Positions 19,963 through 31,760 of a stretch of 64,000 nucleotides of DNA are shown here, piece by piece. The notes under the pieces were generated by a model. It made no database searches, had not been told where the DNA came from, and saw only the letters and a list, made by a program, of their open reading frames with translations. Made by a program: the position numbers and the translations under genes. Where the stretch lies: positions 66,151-130,150 of the forward strand of contig CABQAZ010000002.1 of assembly GCA_902462295.1 (NCBI GenBank), written 5' to 3'. This stretch comes from an uncultured Clostridium sp. (GTDB taxonomy: Bacteria; Bacillota; Clostridia; TANB77; CAG-508). Each line of letters opens with the position of its first letter. Positions within the stretch are counted from its first letter, which is position 1.

Positions 19963-22377
19963 TTAAATCTTTAAAATCCACTTTTGATTTTTCTTTAAAT
20001 TTCCCGCCAAAATCTCTTCTGAAATTCTATCTTCTACAAGACTTTGAATTGTTCTTCTTAAAGGTCTTGCACCAAAAGTATTATCAAATCCATTTTCTAA
20101 AATTCTTTCTACAACTCCAGTATCTATCTCAACAATATATTTTTGACTTTTTAACCTTTCTTCAACTTGTTTTAACATAATCTGTGTTATTTTTCTTATA
20201 TCATCTTCATTCAATTTATGAAACACTATTATTTCATCTATTCTATTTATAAATTCAGGTCTTAATTCATGTTTTAGTTCTTTTATTACTTCTTTTTTTA
20301 TTTCATTATATTCTTTTATATCTTCCCCTGAATTTTCTTTTACATTAAAACCAAGTGACTTTCTTTCTGTAATATGTCTAGCCCCTAAATTAGAAGTCAT
20401 AATAATAACTGTATTCTTAAAATTAACTTCTCTTCCTTGTGAATCTGTCAGATGACCATCCTCAAGTATTTGTAGCAATATATTCATTACATCTGGATGT
20501 GCTTTTTCAATTTCATCAAACAACACAACAGAATATGGTTTTCTCCTAATTTTTTCAGTTAATTGTCCTCCACCATCAAAACCTATATATCCAGGTGGTG
20601 AACCTATTAATTTTGAAACAGAATGTGGTTCCATATATTCTGACATGTCTAACCTAATCATTGTATTTTCATTCTCAAACAATATTTCTGCTAGAGCTTT
20701 TGAAAGTTCTGTTTTTCCAACTCCTGTAGGTCCCAAAAACAAAAATGAACCTACTGGTCTTTTCGGGTCTTTTAACCCAACTCTTCCTCTTCTAATAGCT
20801 TTAGCAACTGCTTCTACTGCTTCATTTTGTCCAATTACTCTTTCATGTAATTTTTCTTCCAAATGTTTTAATTTTTCATTTTCATCTTCTGTCAATTTCT
20901 GTACAGGTATTCCTGTCCATTTTGATATTATTTCTGCTATATTTTCCTCATCTATTTCTGTTATATCTCTATTTTTCGTTTTTCTCCATTTATCTGTTTC
21001 CTTTTCTAGTTTATCTCTTATCTGTTTCTCATTATCTCTTAATTTAGCTGCTTTTTCAAATTCTTGATTATATATTGCCTCTCCCTTTTCTTTTGATACT
21101 ATATCCAACTTTTCTTCTAAAACTTTTATCTCATCAGGTTCAGCAAAAATTTTCATTCTAACTTGTGATGCAGATTCATCTATTAAATCTATTGCTTTAT
21201 CTGGCAAAAATCTATCTGTTATATATCTAACAGATAATGTTACAGCTGATTTTATTGCTTCATCAGTTATTTTTACATTATGATGTGCTTCATACTTATC
21301 TCTTATTCCTTTTATAATTTCTATTGTTTCATTTTCTGTTGGCTCTCCAACGTCAACAGGACTAAATCTTCTTTCTAATGCAGAATCTTTTTCTATATAT
21401 TTTCTATATTCTTCTATAGTTGTTGCACCAATTAATTGAATTTCTCCTCTTGCTAATAATGGTTTTAAAATATTTGCTGCATCTATTGCCCCTTCTGCTG
21501 CGCCTGCCCCTACTATTGTATGTATTTCATCTATAAATAATATAACATCTCCAACTTTTTTTACCTCATTCAATGCTTTCTTTATTCTTTCTTCAAAATC
21601 TCCTCTATATTTTGCTCCTGCCACCATTCCTGATATATCCATACTTACAATTCTTTTTTCTCTTAAGCTTTCTGGAATTTCTCCACTTACTATTTTTTCT
21701 GCTAACCCCTCTACTATTGCTGTTTTTCCTACACCTGGCTCTCCTATTAAACATGGATTATTTTTGGTTCTTCTTGATAATATTTGTATTATTCTTTCTA
21801 TTTCTTTTTCTCTACCAATAATATTATCAAACTTTCCTTCTTCTGCCTGAAGAGTTATATCTTCTCCAAACTGATTTAATGTTGTCGTAACAGTAAAACT
21901 TCCCCTTCCATTTGATATATCATTTTTATTTTCTTTGTCAATTTCTTCCTCATTAATCACTTTTGCTATTTCATTATAAATTTTAGAAATTTCTACATTC
22001 AATTCTGTAATTATTCTTACAGCAACACAATCCTCTTCTTTCATTATTGCTAATAATAAATGTTCTGTTCCTATATAATTATATCCTATTCTTTTTGCTT
22101 CTAAAAACGCATTTTCTAATATTCTTTTTGTTCTTGGTGTAAAACCTAATGTCTGTTTTATTTTTCTTCCTATTCCTAATAATTCCTCTATTTTTACTTT
22201 AACTTTCTCTTCTGTTATCCCTTTATTATTTAGCACTTTTGCGGCTATTCCATCTCCCTCTTTTACTAACCCATATAAAATGTGCTCTGTTCCTATATAA
22301 TTGTGTCCTAATTCTATTGATATATCATTAGAGATTTCTATTACTTTTTTAGCTTTATTTGTAAATTTGTATATCAT
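19963..22377 (-). CDS. clpC: ATP-dependent Clp protease ATP-binding subunit ClpC (Clp_N repeats, two AAA+ modules, UVR-like linker)
   Basis: Start moved to MIYKFTNKAKKVIE, which has GGAGGAAAAATG. Walker A GEPGVGKT and GPTGVGKT. The first 28 codons of the ORF-track model belong to an upstream overlapping small ORF. Confidence 0.85.
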   Translation of the reverse strand: MIYKFTNKAKKVIEISNDISIELGHNYIGTEHILYGLVKEGDGIAAKVLNNKGITEEKVKVKIEELLGIGRKIKQTLGFTPRTKRILENAFLEAKRIGYNYIGTEHLLLAIMKEEDCVAVRIITELNVEISKIYNEIAKVINEEEIDKENKNDISNGRGSFTVTTTLNQFGEDITLQAEEGKFDNIIGREKEIERIIQILSRRTKNNPCLIGEPGVGKTAIVEGLAEKIVSGEIPESLREKRIVSMDISGMVAGAKYRGDFEERIKKALNEVKKVGDVILFIDEIHTIVGAGAAEGAIDAANILKPLLARGEIQLIGATTIEEYRKYIEKDSALERRFSPVDVGEPTENETIEIIKGIRDKYEAHHNVKITDEAIKSAVTLSVRYITDRFLPDKAIDLIDESASQVRMKIFAEPDEIKVLEEKLDIVSKEKGEAIYNQEFEKAAKLRDNEKQIRDKLEKETDKWRKTKNRDITEIDEENIAEIISKWTGIPVQKLTEDENEKLKHLEEKLHERVIGQNEAVEAVAKAIRRGRVGLKDPKRPVGSFLFLGPTGVGKTELSKALAEILFENENTMIRLDMSEYMEPHSVSKLIGSPPGYIGFDGGGQLTEKIRRKPYSVVLFDEIEKAHPDVMNILLQILEDGHLTDSQGREVNFKNTVIIMTSNLGARHITERKSLGFNVKENSGEDIKEYNEIKKEVIKELKHELRPEFINRIDEIIVFHKLNEDDIRKITQIMLKQVEERLKSQKYIVEIDTGVVERILENGFDNTFGARPLRRTIQSLVEDRISEEILAGNLKKNQKWILKI

Positions 22378-22543
22378 TTTTCCTCCTTTGGAACACTTTT
22401 CTTTTTTGTCATATCTGACATTTCCTTTGCTTTTTCTTTTTGTGTTGGTAATGGTACCCAAGCAAAATACGATGATACAAATTCACCATATTGTGTTGCA
22501 TCTTCTCCAACTTCTGGATGCGTTTGTTTCTGTTTTTTACTCA
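22378..22543 (-). CDS. Small ORF (55 aa) immediately upstream of clpC, translationally coupled to it by an ATGA overlap
   Basis: MSKKQKQTHPEVGEDATQYGEFVSSYFAWVPLPTQKEKAKEMSDMTKKKSVPKEEK. A GAGGTAGGTG-like SD precedes it. Below the ORF-track size cutoff. Confidence 0.35.
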
Positions 22544-22612
22544 TAAAAAAACACCTACCTCTCTATTAAGGTATGTGCTTTTTTTTTCTTTTTATTCATT
22601 AATTAATATAAT

Positions 22613-22687
22613 TTAATCTTTTATTCCAAATAATAATTTTACAATTCCTCTTAAACATTTTGGAACTTTTTTTACAACAATAGTCAT
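22613..22687 (-). CDS. Mini-ORF of 24 aa (MTIVVKKVPKCLRGIVKLLFGIKD) with a strong RBS
   Basis: AAAGGAGGTTTACAT-ATG. Its frame is embedded in the 68-aa ORF-track entry 22613..22819. Confidence 0.3.
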   Translation of the reverse strand: MTIVVKKVPKCLRGIVKLLFGIKD

Positions 22688-22701
22688 ATGTAAACCTCCT
22701 T

Positions 22702-22848
22702 TTAACAGAGTAACCATAATATTCCTACCAATATTACCATTACTCCTATTAGAAATAACCATCCTAATGTTGGTAAAAATAATACTAGTAATATGCCTAT
22801 TCCCAACCCTATTAAACATACTCCAAATGTCTTTTTTAAGATTTTCAT
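22702..22848 (-). CDS. Mini-ORF of 48 aa, an extremely hydrophobic membrane peptide (MKILKKTFGVCLIGLGIGILLVLFLPTLGWLFLIGVMVILVGILWLLC)
   Basis: GGAGGAAATCATA-ATG. A sigmaA-like promoter (TTCACA, 17 nt, TATAAT) lies about 25-55 nt upstream on the minus strand. Confidence 0.4.
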   Translation of the reverse strand: MKILKKTFGVCLIGLGIGILLVLFLPTLGWLFLIGVMVILVGILWLLC

Positions 22849-22920
22849 TATGATTTCCTCCAAGATTTTTATTATATTATATTCCTAAGTTTGATTTATG
22901 TGAATATATACATTATTGCC

Positions 22921-23493
22921 TTAATAATTTTTTATGTTATCTTGGATATTTTTTATAATGTCATTAAAATTAATATCAGAAAAATTTGTTGTATCTATTA
23001 ATATTTCATTGTCATTTATTTTAAATTCTTTTGATTTTATTGCAGTTTTCTTAAAATTTTCAAAGTCATCAAACATTCCATTTGAAACTAATCCTTTATG
23101 TCTTTCACTTGAATTTTCTCTTTTTAAAAATCTCTTATGTAATATTTGTAAATCTCCCTCAAATCTTAATGTAATACTATTATAATTATATTTATTTATC
23201 AATTTTTTTATAATATCAGCTGATTCTTTTGTAAAATTACTTTCTACTATTAGAGACATCCCAACTTTCATTTGCATTTCCATTATATAATAAAGTATTG
23301 CATAACTATGTGCTCCTACTTTTTGTTTTGCATAATAATCTGAATTTATATTGTTAATTGAATCAAATAAAATCTCTTTAATTTCATCTTTGCTAAAAAA
23401 TGGTAATTTTAACTCCTGTGAAATCTTTCTACCATAGCTAGTTTTTCCACTTGCCAATTCTCCTGTAATAATTATTATATTTTTATTCTTCAT
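22921..23493 (-). CDS. P-loop NTPase / predicted small-molecule or nucleotide kinase (AAA_33-like)
   Basis: Walker A GELASGKTS at the N-terminus, 190 aa, RBS AAGGAAAA. Confidence 0.5.
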   Translation of the reverse strand: MKNKNIIIITGELASGKTSYGRKISQELKLPFFSKDEIKEILFDSINNINSDYYAKQKVGAHSYAILYYIMEMQMKVGMSLIVESNFTKESADIIKKLINKYNYNSITLRFEGDLQILHKRFLKRENSSERHKGLVSNGMFDDFENFKKTAIKSKEFKINDNEILIDTTNFSDINFNDIIKNIQDNIKNY

Positions 23494-23585
23494 TATTTTT
23501 CCTTCATTCTTTTTATTTAATATTAAAAAGGAAACTCAAGACTCAAGCTCAAATTTCCTTATCATATATTTATATATTTTTATTA

Positions 23586-23861
23586 TTATCCGTTTACTAA
23601 ATCTTTTAATGCTTTACCAGCTTTGAATACTGGAGCTTTAGATGCAGGTATTTTTATTTCTTCTTTTGTTTGAGGATTTCTACCTTTTCTAGCAGCTCTT
23701 TTTCTAACTTCGAAAGAACCAAATCCAACTAATTGAACTTTGTCTCCTCCCTTTAATGCTTCAGCTATAACTTCTGTTAATGCATTAACTGCTGCTTCTG
23801 TTGCTTTTTTTGATTCTCCTGTTTTTGCAGCGACAGCTGCTACTAATTCAGCTTTGTTCAT
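23586..23861 (-). CDS. hup: DNA-binding protein HU
   Basis: 91 aa MNKAELV...[20 protein letters not shown]. Classic HU arm. Confidence 0.9.
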   Translation of the reverse strand: MNKAELVAAVAAKTGESKKATEAAVNALTEVIAEALKGGDKVQLVGFGSFEVRKRAARKGRNPQTKEEIKIPASKAPVFKAGKALKDLVNG

Positions 23862-23982
23862 TATACATTACCTCCTATAAAATTTTGTCTATGTACTCTA
23901 TACCACTGAAAACAGTAATATTCCGTACTCATTTATCTTATTCTCCAAATTATATTAAAATCCCCTCTTTTTTTTGAAAATT

Positions 23983-25609
23983 TTAATATATTTTTAATTT
24001 TTCTAGTATTTTATATATTTTATCTCCTTTTGGTAGCATATATATATCTTCTTTATTGTAAATTTTTAATGCTACTACTGATGCTATATAAATTATTACA
24101 GCACATAATATTGATATTATTGTTACCATATTTCCAGGTCTTATTCCTTTTAATACCAAATAAATTGTATATGAACATATTCCCATTATTGCTGTTGCTA
24201 ATGCAGGTTTTAAAACAAACTTTTTGAATGGTAGGTCTAGTTTTACATATTTTTTTAATACATTAAATACAATCGTAAATGCAACTGCATGACAAGCTAT
24301 AGAACCTATTGCAGCTCCATAAACATTTAATGATGGTATTGGTAATAAGATTAAATTTAATATTAATTTAACTATACATCCTATTCCTAATGCAACTGCT
24401 GGAACCATCACTTTTCCAAATCCTTGTAATGCCCCATTTATAGTTTGATCCAAAATTGAAAATATTACTGATACTGCTATTAATTGAAGTAACAATGCAC
24501 CTTGATTTGCATTTGGGTATAATAAGTTTAGTATAGGTTGTGCAAAAATTATCATTCCAACTACACATGGAAGTCCTATTAACATTGAAGTTAATAATGA
24601 AAATGATGTTCTTTTAGTTGCTGTTTCTTTGTCATTTTTTGCTTTCGCAGCTGATATTGCAGGTACTAATGCTGTTGCAAATGCTATATTTATTGCAAGT
24701 GGTAAATTTGTTAATGTATCAACCTTTCCACTTAATTGTCCATATAATTTTGTAGCAACATCTGATGATAAATATGTACTTAAAATTCTTTTTACAGTAA
24801 ATGAATCTATATTTTTATTAAATGATGTCATTATTGAGCTTAATGTTAATGGAATAGATACCATTAATATTTTCTTTACTATTGTTTTTACATTTTCGTA
24901 TTTGTAATTTGTTGAGCTTTGTATTTCATTTCCAATCTCTTTTCTTCTCATTCTATAATAAATAAATAAATAAATGAAACTTGAAAATGTTGCAAGTGTT
25001 GTTGCTACATTTGCACCAGCAGCCATCATTTCTGTTGATGTTGAAGTAAGCACTGCTACTACTTCTACGATTACGATTGTTAAAATTGTTTTAAATATCT
25101 GTTCTAGTGTTTGTGCTCTTGCTGTAATTTTTAGTGTTCTTCTTCCATTAAAATATCCTCTAAATACTGATGAAATTGATACAAAAAATATTGCTGGTGC
25201 CAAAGCTACAAGTGTTAGCTCTGATTCTGGTATTTGTGTCCAATTATATGCAATAACATGTGCTCCAAAGAATAATAACATTGAACCTATTGCTCCGATT
25301 GTTCCAAATGTTGCAAGTGCAACTTTAAAAATTCTATTTGCACCTTTATTATCTCCGAACAGCTAATCTTTCTGATACTAATTTTGATATTGCGTTAGGT
25401 ACTCCTATTGATGATACTGTAAGTAATAATGCATATATCTGATAACCACTTGCATATATCGCATTTCCTGCATCTCCAAATCCCTCTCTATTTGTTAAAT
25501 ATAAAGTATATATCAATCCTAAAACTTTTATTAATATTTGCGAGAACATTACTGTTACTACTCCTTGCATAAAAGTTTCTTTTTTTATTGTTCTTTTTTG
25601 TTCTGCCAT
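23983..25609 (-). pseudogene. spoVB: Stage V sporulation protein B (MOP/Wzx-like flippase family) interrupted by a 1-nt frameshift
   Basis: N-terminal 86-aa ORF (25349..25609) ends ...KLVSERLAVRR*. The shifted frame continues GDNKGANRIFKVALA..., the canonical SpoVB continuation. The two ORFs together are about 520 aa with 12-14 TM. Confidence 0.65.
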
Positions 25610-25917
25610 GTGCTCCTCCTATAATAATTCTATGTTTTTTCTTTCGATTAATTACTTATTATTGTGATATACATATATATTAAAATAAATGAAAGGATTT
25701 TGTGTATCTAAGTTTAACGTTAGAAAATCTTATTTAATAAAATGAGGGATGTTCAAACATTTATGTTTGAAAGAGGCTCATTTTATTAATTAGAATTTCA
25801 ACGGAAAACTTAGCTTATCCAAAATTCTAGAATGTTTTTAATATATATGTATATCACAAAATCAATGTAATTATATATATAAATGTTAAAATTATCAAGA
25901 ACTTTTTCCAAATTTAT

Positions 25918-25946
25918 TGACAAATTCTTGTTTTTGTATTAAAATT
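25918..25946 (+). promoter_or_regulatory. SigmaA-type promoter candidate for rplM-rpsI
   Basis: TTGACA, 17 nt, TAAAAT, about 160 nt upstream of the rplM start. Confidence 0.4.
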
Positions 25947-26104
25947 GTTAGGTATTATGTTAAAATATGATTTAAATATAAAACTTCTCCCCGGTAGTTT
26001 TATTAATTTAAATTTCATATAAAAAATAAGGATAATAAATTGTAACTTAGACAGCAATTTATTAAGACTTAGAAAAAAATTAATTTAGGAGGGTAAATAT
26101 TACC

Positions 26105-26539
26105 ATGAATAACGTTACATATAGTGCAAAAAAAGAAACAGTTGAAAGAAAATGGTATATAATTGATGCAGCTAACAAACCATTAGGTAGAGTTGCAACA
26201 GAAGCTGCAAGATTATTAAGAGGAAAACATAAACCAACTTTCACACCAAATATTGATACAGGTGATAATGTTATAATTATCAATTGCAAAGATGTTGTAT
26301 TAACAGGAAATAAAATGAATTCTAAAATTTACAGACATCACTCAGGTTATATTGGAGGAATGAAAGAAACTCCTGCATCAGTAATGCTTACAAAAAATCC
26401 AGAAAAAGCTATGACATTAGCTGTTAAAGGAATGTTACCACACAATTCTTTAGGAAGAAAAATGGCAACAAAATTAAGAGTATTCGCTGGTAGCGAACAT
26501 AATTTACAAGCACAAAAACCAGAAATTTGGAATTATTAA
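26105..26539 (+). CDS. rplM: 50S ribosomal protein L13
   Basis: ERKWYIIDA...[32 protein letters not shown]. Confidence 0.9.
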   Translation: MNNVTYSAKKETVERKWYIIDAANKPLGRVATEAARLLRGKHKPTFTPNIDTGDNVIIINCKDVVLTGNKMNSKIYRHHSGYIGGMKETPASVMLTKNPEKAMTLAVKGMLPHNSLGRKMATKLRVFAGSEHNLQAQKPEIWNY

Positions 26540-26557
26540 TAAGGAGGAACTATTATA

Positions 26558-26959
26558 ATGGCTAAGTCAAATAAAATCGTATATATGGGTACAGGTAGAA
26601 GAAAAAGTTCAATAGCTAGAGTAAGATTAGTTGAAGGAACAGGAAAAATAACAGTAAACGGAAAAGATGTTGAAGAATTTTTCGATTTAGAAACTTTAAA
26701 AGTTATTGTTAGACAACCATTAACAGTTACAAATACATTAGCAAAATATGATGTAATTTGTTCAGTTCGTGGCGGAGGTGTTTCTGGTCAAGCCGGAGCT
26801 ATTAGACATGGTATTGCTAGAGCTTTAAATGAAGCTAATTCAGAATATAGACCAGCTTTAAAATCAAACGGATTCTTAACTAGAGATCCACGTATGAAAG
26901 AAAGAAAGAAATATGGTCTTAAAAAAGCTAGAAAAGCACCACAATTCTCAAAAAGATAA
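26558..26959 (+). CDS. rpsI: 30S ribosomal protein S9
   Basis: C-terminal ...[27 protein letters not shown]. Confidence 0.9.
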   Translation: MAKSNKIVYMGTGRRKSSIARVRLVEGTGKITVNGKDVEEFFDLETLKVIVRQPLTVTNTLAKYDVICSVRGGGVSGQAGAIRHGIARALNEANSEYRPALKSNGFLTRDPRMKERKKYGLKKARKAPQFSKR

Positions 26960-26980
26960 TATATTTTTTATACAAAAAAA

Positions 26981-27010
26981 CTCAGAAGTTACAAAACTTC
27001 CGAGTTTTTT
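26981..27010 (+). terminator. Terminator of rplM-rpsI
   Basis: CTCAGAAGttacaaaaCTTCCGAG stem (one mismatch) followed by TTTTTT. Confidence 0.55.
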
Positions 27011-27036
27011 ATTTCTTAATGGTTTTTAGAATAAAT

Positions 27037-27070
27037 TTTATGGTAAGAGTTCTCACTGTAGTGGACAAGT
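27037..27070. repeat. Copy of module 2 of the short dispersed repeat (TTTTATGGTAAGAGTTCTCACTGTAGTGGACAAG)
   Basis: Matches 8861-8894 with one indel. Lies between two terminators in a convergent intergenic gap. Confidence 0.55.
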
Positions 27071-27105
27071 AAAAACCTTAGAAACATTATATCTAAGGTT
27101 TTTTT
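27071..27105. terminator. Bidirectional terminator overlapping the stop codon of the 27093..27755 gene
   Basis: aaaaaCCTTAGaaacattatatCTAAGGttttttt. Confidence 0.6.
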
Positions 27106-27755
27106 GTTCTTATTTTTTTCCATTCAACAGATATAGTCATTATGAATATTACTACAATCGAAATTATTATAATCATTTTTTCTAGATTTATATTTATAGG
27201 TTTCTTTTTAACATTTAATAATACATTTCCAAAATATAAATCAAAATTTTCTAAATCTATTTGATTTTCTTCTTCTACACCATCATTATAAAAATTTATC
27301 AGTATTTGTTTTAAATCCTCTGGTATTTTTTCAGTCATCCCATAAATTTTTACAGTTTCTGGTATTGTTGCATTTTCATCTGTTGAATATGTATAATCTT
27401 GTAAATCTTTTAACATATCTATTGTATCAGAATCCAAATTAACAACATACCAATACCCTTTATTAAATGCTATATAATACTTATCATTATTGAATTTCTT
27501 TATACTTTCTGAATTTTCATGTACTGTTGAAATTTCTTTTGTTAAGCCTTGTACCTCTAAATATGCATAACTTCCATCCTTATTATCAAGCTCATTATCT
27601 ATTGTAAAATCTATAGCATTTGGCATTTTTTTACTTTTCTTATAAATTATTGAAAAAGTAGCTCCTATTATAACTATTATGCATATTATATATCCTATTA
27701 ATATCCAATTTAAAGTTATCTTTCTTTTCTTATTAACTTGACCATCATTGCTCAA
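27093..27755 (-). CDS. Hypothetical membrane protein (N- and C-terminal TM helices)
   Basis: 220 aa, complete ORF, no recognisable family. Confidence 0.45.
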   Translation of the reverse strand: MSNDGQVNKKRKITLNWILIGYIICIIVIIGATFSIIYKKSKKMPNAIDFTIDNELDNKDGSYAYLEVQGLTKEISTVHENSESIKKFNNDKYYIAFNKGYWYVVNLDSDTIDMLKDLQDYTYSTDENATIPETVKIYGMTEKIPEDLKQILINFYNDGVEEENQIDLENFDLYFGNVLLNVKKKPININLEKMIIIISIVVIFIMTISVEWKKIRTKKP

Positions 27756-27791
27756 TATACTTACTCTCCTTTTTATACTTGTATATTAATT

Positions 27792-28052
27792 TTAATATAT
27801 TTTTTTGTACAAAAATATTGCTATTGCTAATCCTAGTATACTTGCTATATTAATATGAATTGAAAATGCAAATGTTAAGCTTAAAACATTCATATTTAGT
27901 ACAAAAGGATTATCTATTCCAAAGGATTGACCATATGATAACCAACTAAGCCAATCCACTTGTGATGCTACTTCTCCTAATAATCCTCCTATTACTAACC
28001 CTGCAAATATAAACAATATTACTATCCATGTACTTTTATCTCTTGTAGCCAT
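27792..28052 (-). CDS. Small membrane protein (2 TM), possibly DUF4321-like
   Basis: 86 aa. Confidence 0.4.
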   Translation of the reverse strand: MATRDKSTWIVILFIFAGLVIGGLLGEVASQVDWLSWLSYGQSFGIDNPFVLNMNVLSLTFAFSIHINIASILGLAIAIFLYKKIY

Positions 28053-28077
28053 CTTACTATTCCTCCATTTTTATATT

Positions 28078-29397
28078 TTATTTAGCTAGTTTCATTGCTA
28101 ACCATTCTTCTATATTCATAGTCTTACTATTGACTGTCATATAAAATTTATTTTCTCCTGTTGCTGTATTTGATTGCATGTATACAGAATCTAATATATA
28201 GCTTGGTATTAATTCTTCTCCATTTGATGTAATTAAATTATAAAACTTATCTTTTTCAACTATAATAACTTTATAACTTGGTATTACAACTGCTGGATAT
28301 GAGTTTGTTTCTTTTGCTGTAGAACAACCTATATTTGTATATTCAAAATCTTTTATTTTCTCTCCTTTTATATTAAATATCCCCCATAAGTCTTGATCAT
28401 TTTTTACTGGGATTATATCATCTAATAATATATATTGATTATCTACTCCATTTTGTTCATATTTTCCTTTATCTACTCCTATTTGTTTATAGCTAGGTTC
28501 TATTATTACCTTTCCTTTAGTATTCAAAATACCATATAAATTATTTTGTTTTACTAAATATAATCCATTTTTATTATCTATAATCTTTATTTGTTCATAT
28601 ACAATTCTTAATTTTACTGTTGAGTCTTTTCCTAAAACTCCATATTTACCATTGCTTTTAACTAAAAAGTCTGATGTTGATGGTAAATATTTTATATCTT
28701 CATATTTACTTTCTAATAGATCTTCTCCAGTATTTACATTAACTACTCCATATTGATCATTTGTATTTATTATCATCATATCGTCAAATATGGCCTGCCT
28801 ATCAGCAAATACTTCTGATAATTTTTTTGTTTCTCCATCAATTTTTAATTGTGTTGCATAATAGTTATTTAAATAATCCATTGTATATATATTTATTCTG
28901 TTTTTTTCTAAATCATAATTTAATAATATATTAAATGCTTTTTCTGCTCCCTCTGGAGTTGTATATAATGTTCCATTTTCCTCAAATACCTTTTCTTTAA
29001 GATTTATATATTCATACTCTGTATCTTCTCTAGTCTTTACCAAAACATCTGAATCTTTTGAAAACATTGCGACCTCATATTCATTTTTTACATAACATTT
29101 AGTAGTATCTTCAGATTTCATTTTATAATCTCCATTATAATCCTCATAGTTTAAATACTTTGCTATTTTTCTTATTGGAATATATAATTTCTTCTCATTG
29201 TCTTCTTTTATATATATTATTTTTTCTATCTCATTATTCTTTTGTCCATCTATTGTTATTTTCATCATTGAATTTTTTAAGTACATTATTCCAACAATTA
29301 TTGCTATAGTTATAACTACTAGCACTGCTATACAAATCCCTATAATAATAGTTAACTTTGATTTTTTTCTCTTTTCAACCTCTTCATACAATTCCAT
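28078..29397 (-). CDS. Membrane-anchored WG-repeat protein
   Basis: N-terminal TM and repeated YGV/YGI...G motifs (YGVVNVNTGEDL, YGVLGKDSTVKL, YGILNTKGKVIIEP, WGIFNIKGEKI). Confidence 0.5.
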   Translation of the reverse strand: MELYEEVEKRKKSKLTIIIGICIAVLVVITIAIIVGIMYLKNSMMKITIDGQKNNEIEKIIYIKEDNEKKLYIPIRKIAKYLNYEDYNGDYKMKSEDTTKCYVKNEYEVAMFSKDSDVLVKTREDTEYEYINLKEKVFEENGTLYTTPEGAEKAFNILLNYDLEKNRINIYTMDYLNNYYATQLKIDGETKKLSEVFADRQAIFDDMMIINTNDQYGVVNVNTGEDLLESKYEDIKYLPSTSDFLVKSNGKYGVLGKDSTVKLRIVYEQIKIIDNKNGLYLVKQNNLYGILNTKGKVIIEPSYKQIGVDKGKYEQNGVDNQYILLDDIIPVKNDQDLWGIFNIKGEKIKDFEYTNIGCSTAKETNSYPAVVIPSYKVIIVEKDKFYNLITSNGEELIPSYILDSVYMQSNTATGENKFYMTVNSKTMNIEEWLAMKLAK

Positions 29398-29408
29398 GTA
29401 TTTTCCTC

Positions 29409-30551
<1,143 letters not shown>

Positions 30552-30555
30552 TCAT

Positions 30556-31581
30556 TTAATTTATAAACATTGCATCTCCAAAGCTGAAAAATTTATATTT
30601 TTCTTTTACAGCTTCATTATATGCTTTCATTATATATTCTTTCCCTGCTAATGCTGATACTAACATTAATAATGTTGATTCTGGTAAATGAAAATTTGTT
30701 ATTAATCCATCTATACATTTGAATTTATATCCTGGATATATAAATATCTTTGTATCTCCTTCTATTGGTTCTACCATACCATTCTTTTCTGATGCAATTG
30801 TTTCTAATACTCTGCATGATGTTGTTCCAACTGCAATTATTTTTTTCCCTTGTCTTTTTGTTTCATTTATTTTATCTACGTCTTCTTGTTTTATATAAAA
30901 GTGCTCTGAGTGCATATCATGTTCTTCTATATTTACTACTTTTACTGGTCTGAATGTTCCAATTCCAACATGAAGTGTAACATTTGCTATTTTTACACCT
31001 TTTTCTTCTAACTTTTTTAATAACTCTTCTGTAAAGTGCAATCCTGCTGTTGGTGCTGCTGCAGAACCTTCATATTTTGCATATACAGTTTGATATCTAT
31101 CATTTTCTTTTAATTCCTCATGTATATATGGTGGCAATGGCATTAATCCAATTTGATCTAATATTTCATTAAATATTCCTTGATACTTAAATTGAACTTT
31201 TCTTGTTCCTCCTGGCATTGTATCTAGTATTTCCGCTTCTAACAAACCATCTCCAAATATTACTTTTGTTCCAATGTGTAATTTATTTCCAGGTCTTACA
31301 ATACTCTCCCAAATATCTCCTTCTATTCTGTTTAATAATAGAAATTCAACTTGTGCTCCTGTCTCTTTTTTTCCATATAGTCTTGCTGGTAATACTTTTG
31401 TGTTGTTTCTTACTAAACAATCTCCTGGTTCTAAATAGTCAATTATATCTTTAAATATTTTATGTTCTATTGTTTGTTTTTTTCTATCTAATACCATTAA
31501 TCTTGATTCATCTCTTTTTTCTAATGGTGTTTGTGCTATTAGTTCTTCTGGTAATTCATAACTAAATTCTGATACTTTCAC
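30556..31581 (-). CDS. queA: S-adenosylmethionine:tRNA ribosyltransferase-isomerase
   Basis: [19 protein letters not shown]...VLPARL. Sits with tgt as a conserved pair. Confidence 0.9.
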   Translation of the reverse strand: MKVSEFSYELPEELIAQTPLEKRDESRLMVLDRKKQTIEHKIFKDIIDYLEPGDCLVRNNTKVLPARLYGKKETGAQVEFLLLNRIEGDIWESIVRPGNKLHIGTKVIFGDGLLEAEILDTMPGGTRKVQFKYQGIFNEILDQIGLMPLPPYIHEELKENDRYQTVYAKYEGSAAAPTAGLHFTEELLKKLEEKGVKIANVTLHVGIGTFRPVKVVNIEEHDMHSEHFYIKQEDVDKINETKRQGKKIIAVGTTSCRVLETIASEKNGMVEPIEGDTKIFIYPGYKFKCIDGLITNFHLPESTLLMLVSALAGKEYIMKAYNEAVKEKYKFFSFGDAMFIN

Positions 31582-31760
31582 TTTTTTACTTACTAGCCCT
31601 ATTTTATTTGAAAAGCTAGTATTCTCCCTTCTTCATTTTTACTTATATATTGTACTATTTTTTCTCTAATATTTCAAGTTTTATAGAACAAATAAAAAAA
31701 ATAATATCTAGTTCTTATTTGAACCAAATATTACTTTTTAGTGTACTTTATTTTTTCACA

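Noticed and set aside
22613-22819. 68-aa ORF-track entry
   Set aside because: It lacks an RBS at its 5' end. Only its last 24 codons are preceded by a strong SD, and the 48-aa ORF in another frame (22702..22848) is the better-supported upstream peptide.
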